A DNA stretch of 61,160 bases from Octopus bimaculoides (lineage: Eukaryota), in the NCBI RefSeq assembly GCF_001194135.2, contig NC_068981.1:74628141-74689300 (forward strand), in the 5' to 3' direction. Positions within the stretch are counted from its first letter, which is position 1, and the number at the start of each line of letters is the position of its first letter. The translations under genes and the position numbers were made by a program. This document shows positions 49,001 through 57,604 of this stretch, in pieces. A model generated the notes under the pieces. The model did no database searches. It was not told the origin of the DNA and worked only from the letters and a program-made list of their open reading frames with translations.

Positions 49001-52000
49001 TAGCCGAAGAAATCATTACTATAATAATTATTATTAATTATAATAATTATTTAGATTATTTTCAATTCGTTTCAGTTTGAAATTCATCAAAAATTTACGA
49101 TTTCTTTTTCCTCTTCAGATTGTCCACCTTGTTACAATTTGGTCCAGCAACAAGTAAATGAACACCGCAAGCACTTGGAAGAGATGCGTAATTATACAGA
49201 AGTCATTAAAACCAGCCCACAAGCTTTCAATGATTCAGATTTTCTTACGCATATGAAGAAAGTCAGTGATTCAGTTGAGAAATTAATCAATGATGCTCGT
49301 CGTATCAGTAGTAAGCCTAATTTTGTTCTGCACTTTTAAGCTTTCTCTGTTTAGCAGTTATTTCTCCTTTAGATTCATTGTTTCTTTCCTTTTGGCTTTT
49401 GGAATATTGGCCAGAAAGTATTTTGCCGAGCTTACTATTTATTGTTGTTGTTTAGCCCCATTTTGAACTCTGGTCTTCCTGATCAATAATAATCAAAGCA
49501 TTCCAACTGTCTCCATGTTGACTTTTCAGGTATCTAAGAATGCATCATCTAATGCGTTCTTTTCTTGTTTTGAAAATGATGATATAATTTTAATGTAGAT
49601 TAGGCTGTGGTTTCCAGCAGGTCAAGTGATTGCATAGTTTCCCCTCTGGCTTTAACCTTTACAATGAAGCCCATGTGTTTTATTAGGTTGATAGTAATGT
49701 CTGGTTTCCATACCATTAGAAACAGCAAGTGTGTTGCAGATAAATGATTTTTCCAGATTACTTGGTGCCACTTCTCTTGTTAGGCATACTGAGATGTGAA
49801 GAATTAACCATTTTGTTTGCTCACAATGGTTAGCACAGGCATAATATTAGATTGTTCTGAAAATAACAACACTTAGAGCGGCCATTTATTGAGTGAAAAC
49901 ACCTAAAGCTCCATGAGGCTCCGGCAGGGGGTGGTGGCGACCCCTGTTGTACTCTATTGCCCCAACTTTCTCTCGCACTTTCTTCCTGTTTCTTGAGTAA
50001 AGCTGTGATCGACTGGTGTCCCGTCCAGCTGGTGGGGAGCACATACACCATAGAAACCGGGAAACCGGACCCATGAGCCTGGCTAGGCTTTAAAAGGGCA
50101 CATAAATAAAATAAGTACCAGTTGAACATTGGGTCGATGTAATCGACTTACTTCCTCCAACGAAATTGCTGGCGTTGTGCCAAAATTTGAAACCTATATT
50201 TACAGAAAGTGTCTTCTAGTGAAGCCTCTGACCAACTAAAGCCACGTGAATAGATTTGATGGACAGAAACTGAAAGAAGCTCTCTCTCACATATGCATTG
50301 TTTATGTGAGTGTTCACTGGTTGTAAACAATGACTTCACAAACAAACAACAATATTTGTTTACAGTCCACTGCAAAAGCTTGTTTGGGTTTTTTGACATG
50401 TCTTCACATATTCTTGACATGTTATATGAGCTTTGTAAACAAAAGGTTCATTTAACTAACAATGTTTGTTTGCAGTCTTCCATGTAACCATGCTTGGGTT
50501 GTTTGTTGTTCCATAGACTGGAGGATTATCACATTGTTCAGAAACAGGCAGTTGTTGGTGTTAGGAAGAGCATCTGGGCTTAGAAAACTCAGTGACAATG
50601 TTGATTTATCTGACTCATGCAGGCATGGAAATGTAGTTTTCAAAATGATGATGATTATTTCATATGTATATATGATAGACTCACCTGTCGAACGCAATGC
50701 ATGAATGTTTAGTTTTTGCTGAACAACCTGCACAAATGATTTGTTTATAGTAATCAAATGCTGGTGCCACACATTAGCTCACTCCCTCTATCAAATTGTT
50801 GATGAGTGAACAGGTGCACTGTGCACCATGAGTTGGGTGTCGAAGTGATCACAGAGCAACATGAGATGAAGTGTTTTGCTTAAGAACACAATGCACCACC
50901 CAGTCTAGGAATTGAAACCATACTCACTAGATCGTGAGTGCAACACCCTTACCACTAAGCCATACATCCTCATATATTTATATATTTCTTTTGTTTTCCC
51001 AGGAACAAATAGTACTTTTGGCACGCAGTTGAATGATTTAAAGAACGCCATTTCGGACATCATGGACAAATGTGGTATGATAGCTGGTAGTGTTGAAGCT
51101 GCTGACAAAGATATTCATCGCACACAAGCCTTCATTACAGAAGCACAAGATGCTATAAGACGGGCTGAGAGAGAGATAGCCAGAGCTTCTGATTACATCG
51201 ACAATGAAGGACAAGCAGCATTGAAACAAGCTCAGCTTGCCACCACTAAATTTGGAACACGTTCTGACAAAATGAAAAGTATTGCAGCCAGAGCTAAGCT
51301 AGCTGCTAAACAGTAAGTAAAATGAAGCGGAGTTGTGTAATTCTTGTTGATACGTAAGTAATCAGGAAATGAAGTGTATTTAGTGTGTTGTTGTATTGGA
51401 AATACATTATCAGGAATATCCAACTTGGGCTTGTGAAGACTTATTGGGGCAAGCGAAAGCGAAACCGTCAATGGCACCTGAGCCCAGCATCGCCTTCCTG
51501 GCACATGTAAAGACGGCACATGTAAAGACATTTGAGCGAGATCATTGCCAGTGCCGCCGAACTGGCTCCTGTGCAGGTGGCACGTAAAATACACCATTTT
51601 GAGCGTGGCCGTTGCCAGTACCGCTTGACTAGCCTTCGTGCCGGTGGCACGTAAAAGCACCCACTACACTCTCGGAGTGGTTGGCGTTAGGAAGAGCATC
51701 CAGCTGTAGAAACTCTGTCAAATCAGATTGGAGCCTGGTGTAGCCATCTGGTTTCACCAGTCCTCAGTCAAATCGTCCAACCCATGCTAGCATGGAAAGC
51801 GGATGTTAAACGACGATGATGATGATCCATCTAACTTATCTGGAATATAGAATATTAAAGTGATTATTTTGATGTTGAGTCAAGCTGAACTATATATGTA
51901 TGTATTTTATCTTTTTATTTTGTGTTACTTTTTAGACAGATGGAAGATGCCAAAGAAACTGAGAAAAATGCAAATGAAGCTTTAAATATTTCAAGAGAAG

Positions 52001-54729
52001 CTCTTCGAACTACGAAAGATCTGTTTCGATTCCCTGAGAAATTGGCCAATGAAATCAGTAGGCTTAATTCCATGTGAGTATCAGCATTTTGAATTACCAT
52101 GTGCAGATGATACTTTTTGGTCAGTTAACTTAAGGAACATAGAGTAAATATGTTTAGAATCCTTAGGTACATAAATATTACTTACTTCCAGATTACTTAG
52201 AGAACCACATGCTCTTTCACACATTATTAAGTATTTATGAAGGGGTGCTGAAAAGTTCCTGGCTTTTGGGTTGGGTAAAAAAAAATACAGGAGGATTAGT
52301 TAATTATAGTTTTATTCAACATGTTCCCCTCTCAGATTCCTACACTTATTGCAATGGTCGTTCAGTTTTTCTATGCCCTGTAAAAGAATTCAGAAGGTTG
52401 GGCCTCCAACTAGACCTTTCGTGATATCCTTAAAGCCAAGAACTTTTCAGTACCCCTTCGTGTATGTTTGTTAATCATCCTGGTATTCATTGCCATGAAA
52501 CCAAGGATAAAATGTTATGCTGAGAAAGGAAAAAGCAAAAACAAACATATTTGAACTAGAAGATAAAGAAAACATTTTTGTTGCGTTTTCCAACATACAA
52601 GTTGAGATTTTCAGGCCAAAATTTAAATCCAGTTTACACCAAGACTACTTTGGATGACCAAAAATTCCATGGGAAATGCAGCAGGATTTGAAAAGATAGT
52701 AACCGTGTTTAAATGTTTACACTAAATTTTACACTATATGCTATGCTGACTAGTATGCTGGAAAATATGATAATACAGATTTTGTTAATTGTATAGTCAG
52801 AGGAGTAAAGGCAATACAGATGATCCTTTCTAATGTCTCTGTCACTGGTAATGCGGAAGTTCTTCTCAAATTGAAGACCTGGCTCAGATGCTCGCAACCA
52901 ATAAACTCATTCAAAGACACTCATTGGACCATGTGGGATGTTCAACCAGGTGATAGATTAACATTCAGATTAAGATTCAGATTTAACATTCAGATTACTC
53001 TACCAAATGTAATTAATGTTTATTTACATTCTTTTGAATTTATCATGTATTATCTCGAGGCTTTGAGATTTCGGTGATGTAATTGGTTATTTTTATAATG
53101 ACATTATAAAATTGGTGTGAGAGGCCAGATCTGGCTGGTTTTAACATAAAGCTGGTAAAATATTTGGGCTGGATTTGGCTGGTTTAAATACTAAAATGTT
53201 AAGCAAAAATTGCTAAGTTTTTATTCCCTCAGATAGGAATGACTAAGGTTTAGTCCTACTAATTCCAGGTGGGTATAAAGTTTTAATTTATCTCAGGTGT
53301 TTTAGGGTATGTCTTTCAACAGAACATCAAATTATTCAAGATTTAGTTTGATCTTTTGTAATATTATATGCAACACGAACTAGTGTTCTGCCTTGGAGAA
53401 GATATGGTAGATCTCGTCTCTACTTTGAACCATTATACAGCCATAGCTATATACTAATCCTACAGCACACCTGACAGTTGTAAAATATAATCTTATCTTT
53501 GTTTTGTTGTGTTTTATTTTATTTTGTTTGAATTGCATTTAGAAGTCTGACAGCTAAATAGTAGATAGTAATCTAAAAAGTTTCATTTTTCATATATTGG
53601 TAAATGTTGTTCGGTTGCAGTCAGCAGTCCATTAACTGACAATGGTACTTATTTGTCATGCGGAAAGATATTGTAAAATGATGAGTAGTTTAGTTTTAAA
53701 AAGAGCATTCTACTGTAAAATGAATGTATCCATCTTTCCTAGTAAACAAATTTTTGTTTGTACAAATAAACATAAATAAAAGCTAGTAAAAATGTGACTT
53801 TTTTTACCAAATTTATTTTTAAATTCAGGAATGAAAATAACAAAAATCTGATGCATCAGACTGAAATCTTATCCAAAAATGCTAAAATGAAGGCAGAAGA
53901 TGCATTAAACAAAGCTTTGGAAATAAATACAAAAATTGCTCAATTTAACATTTCTAACGTCAATGTGGATCACTTAATTACGGAGGCTGAAAAAATCAAG
54001 AAAGAGGTGATTATTTTGTTGAAATCAACAATGATCTATCATTGATATATGTAGAAATTAGTGTTTGTGACAGCAACAGTCAATTCACTGTGTGTGTTTG
54101 TTTGTACATATATATTTGTATGTGAATGTGTGCTTGTATGTATACATATATATGAGTGTATTTGTATATATACATGTGTGTGTACATGTGTTTGTATACA
54201 TATATATATATATATATATATGTGCGTGTGTGTCTGTGTTTATCTCTCACCTCTTGACAACTGTTATTGGTTTACTTACATCCCTGTAACTTTAGCAGTT
54301 TGACAAATAAGAAGAAATCTTTAAAATAAACACCAGACTTCAAAGAAATAAATGTTGGGGTCAATTTGATACTTTACAACCGTGAAGGCAATGCCCCAGC
54401 ATGGCTTACAGACCAATGATTCATACCAGTAAAAGAGAACACACACAGACAAAAAGAATATGAAGAGTTTTTGTCAGGATGACACAAACTAGTAGGTATG
54501 GGTTTTGAGTGCTCAAATGAGTGTGCCACCAAAATTCCAGTTTGAACAGCTATTGAAGTTGTGATTATCTGATTGTTTTGTTCAAGACCGCTAAAGGTGG
54601 CCTCCCTTTGAGTCAGTTGTTAGATGTTAAAGTAGTGAAGAAAAACAAGCAAGGTATGACGAGGGCATTTGCCTTGCCTAATGGTTTGCATTTCCTTACT
54701 ATTTTAACCTATATATGTGTATATACATG

Positions 54730-54767
<38 letters not shown>

Positions 54768-56439
54768 CTCGAGATATCAGCTGTCCTCAGTACCTGTGTG
54801 TCTGGAATTTTTGACTTCCAGCCAACGTTGCGAATGTGTCTGAGACATCTCTGATGAAAGCGTTCCAAGGACCCTTACCTGACGTTTGTACAGAGTCCAT
54901 GTTTCACATGAGTAGAGGAGCGATGTTAGTACGCAAGCACGGTACACAGCAACTTTTGTTTGCCTTGCGATGCAATGCTGGGACCAGACATGAGACTGAA
55001 GAGACCTGAAGGAATTAGTTGCTCTCTGCAACCTGAAAGATATTTCCTCATCCAGGGAGCAAGAACGGCTGAGAGTGCTGCCCAGGTAGACAAACTTGTC
55101 TATTAACTTCTGAATTGTTCCTTCAACCAAGATAGCTGGTTCCACATATGGATTTCCTGGTGCAGGCTGGAACATTACATGCACAAGCACAGGTTACGTT
55201 GGACTGGACACCTTATTAGAATGAAGGATAGCAGGATTCCTAAGCAGATGCTATATGGAGAACTTGTGAATGGAAGGAAACTCCGGCAGAAACCAAGGCT
55301 GCGATTTAAGGACTGTGTCAAGTCCTCATTAAAGGCCTGTGATATGCAGGACACTGACTGGGAGAACAATTACCTGTCATCGCCACAGATGGAGGAAGCA
55401 GGTTAAAGAGAGGACCGACACTTTTGAGAGAGCACGTAACCAGCATGAAGAATTTAAGTGAGCTGCGTAAATGGGGAAAGCTTGGTCTGCAATGTTTAGA
55501 GTCGTGTATGCTTGTCAAGAGCAGGGCTCATTAGCCACCAGCAGAGCCGCAAATGCAAAATATAAGTTATATGTATATATATATATATATGTATTTATAT
55601 ATATGTACATATGCATATATATATATGTGTGTGTGTGTGTATATATATATATGTATGTATATATNNNNNNNNNNNNNNNNNNNNNNNNNNNNNNNNNNNN
55701 NNNNNNNNNNNNNNNNNNNNNNNNNNNNNNNNNNNNNNNNNNNNNNNNNNNNNNNNNNNNNNNNATATATATATATATATATAGGTATATGTGTGTGTAT
55801 ATATATATATATATGTTGGTGCAAATTGGAAAAATAGAATAGTTGATATTAGGAGGGCATCCAGCTGTAGAAACTATGCTAAATCTGACAGTAAGCATTG
55901 ATGCATGGTTTCTACAGCTGGATACCCTTCATAATTCCATTAACATTGCAGAGTGCATCAGATGCATTTTTGTGGCACCAGCACTGGTGAGGTCACCAAG
56001 TATCCTCATGGCAAGCTCCTTAAGTGGAGTGAAGTATAGCATTGAGGGATGTAAAAATATAGGAGAGGAGCAAGTATCTTGCGGAAGAGGTGAATACATG
56101 GCTTTCACAGATGGAGAGAAAGAGAGAGAGAGAGAAATAAGTAAATATGAGGAGTTAATAGGATAGAGAAGAGAAAATGTGGGTGGGTAGGAAAGTGTGC
56201 CAGAATGAAATGAGTGTGATAGATGATTTGAGATGGGGATGGAGTTGCATGCAGTGAATATCATCAGTACACTTCTGTATTAGACATGCATTTGAGTCAA
56301 ATGTTTGTTAATTGTTAGATTAACTGAGTTGCTTGTCCAAGCAAAAAACTTTGTTCAAATGCTTGTCCCATATTTTTGAGCAAAACCTTGGTTTATATAC
56401 ATAACTTTGTTTCCCATTAACAGTAACAAACAAACCAAC

Positions 56440-56480
<41 letters not shown>

Positions 56481-56881
56481 TTTAAGCCCCCTGTCTGAGA
56501 GTGCATGCAGCTTCAAATTATCACAACCTCATCTCATAAACTATTTTCAATTCTGGCTTACATAAAATTATATTTATTGTATTGTCCTTAGGCTGATGGC
56601 ATTCAGAAGTCTCTACAAGAAACATTGACTGCAAACAACAACATGTTGAATGAAGTTGATGAAGAGAAAAAGAAAGCAAATCTTCTCTATGAAGATGCTT
56701 TAAACAAGCAACAGGTATGATTTAATGTTTTTCTTTGAGTTGATAAAAATTGTTCTAAAAAGATAATTGTCACTTTTTTTTTAGTTCTAAACCTTTTTCT
56801 CTCCATTTTGGCCTGGATGTACATACATACAAACACACAACACAAAAACACACACACATATATATATATACATCCATATAT

Positions 56882-56916
<35 letters not shown>

Positions 56917-57552
56917 NNNNNNNNNNNNNNNNNNNNNNNNNNNNNNNNNNNNNNNNNNNNNNNNNNNNNNNNNNNNNNNNNNNNNNNNNNNNNNNNNNNN
57001 NNNNNNNNNNNNNNNNNNNNNNNNNNNNNNNNNNNNNNNNNNNNNNNNNNNNNNNNNNNNNNNNNNNNNNNNNNNNNNNNNNNNNNNNNNNNNNNNNNNN
57101 NNNNNNNNNNNNNNNNNNNNNNNNNNNNNNNNNNNNNNNNNNNNNNNNNNNNNNNNNNNNNNNNNNNNNNNNNNNNNNNNNNNNNNNNNNNNNNNNNNNN
57201 NNNNNNNNNNNNNNNNNNNNNNNNNNNNNNNNNNNNNNNNNNNNNNNNNNNNNNNNNNNNNNNNNNNNNNNNNNNNNNNNNNNNNNNNNNNNNNNNNNNN
57301 NNNNNNNNNNNNNNNNNNNNNNNNNNNNNNNNNNNNNNNNNNNNNNNNNNNNNNNNNNNNNNNNNNNNNNNNNNNNNNNNNNNNNNNNNNNNNNNNNNNN
57401 NNNNNNNNNNNNNNNNNNNNNNNNNNNNNNNNNNNNNNNNNNNNNNNNNNNNNNNNNNNNNNNNNNNNNNNNNNNNNNNNNNNNNNNNNNNNNNNNNNNN
57501 NNNNNNNNNNNNNNTATATATATATACATACACATATACATGCATATGTATG

Positions 57553-57604
<52 letters not shown>

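Larger units (their letters stand above)
1470..57514. other. Assembly gaps: 1470-1827, 5364-5772, 8169-8248, 24611-25158, 41293-41564, 47710-47980, 55665-55764, 56917-57514
   Basis: N-runs, flanked mostly by microsatellites; two abut palindromes and one interrupts an exon. Confidence 0.99.

Noticed and set aside
51940-52073. Alternative acceptor tagacag|ATG
   Set aside because: With the phase-2 upstream donor it gives an early stop; 51936 keeps the frame.
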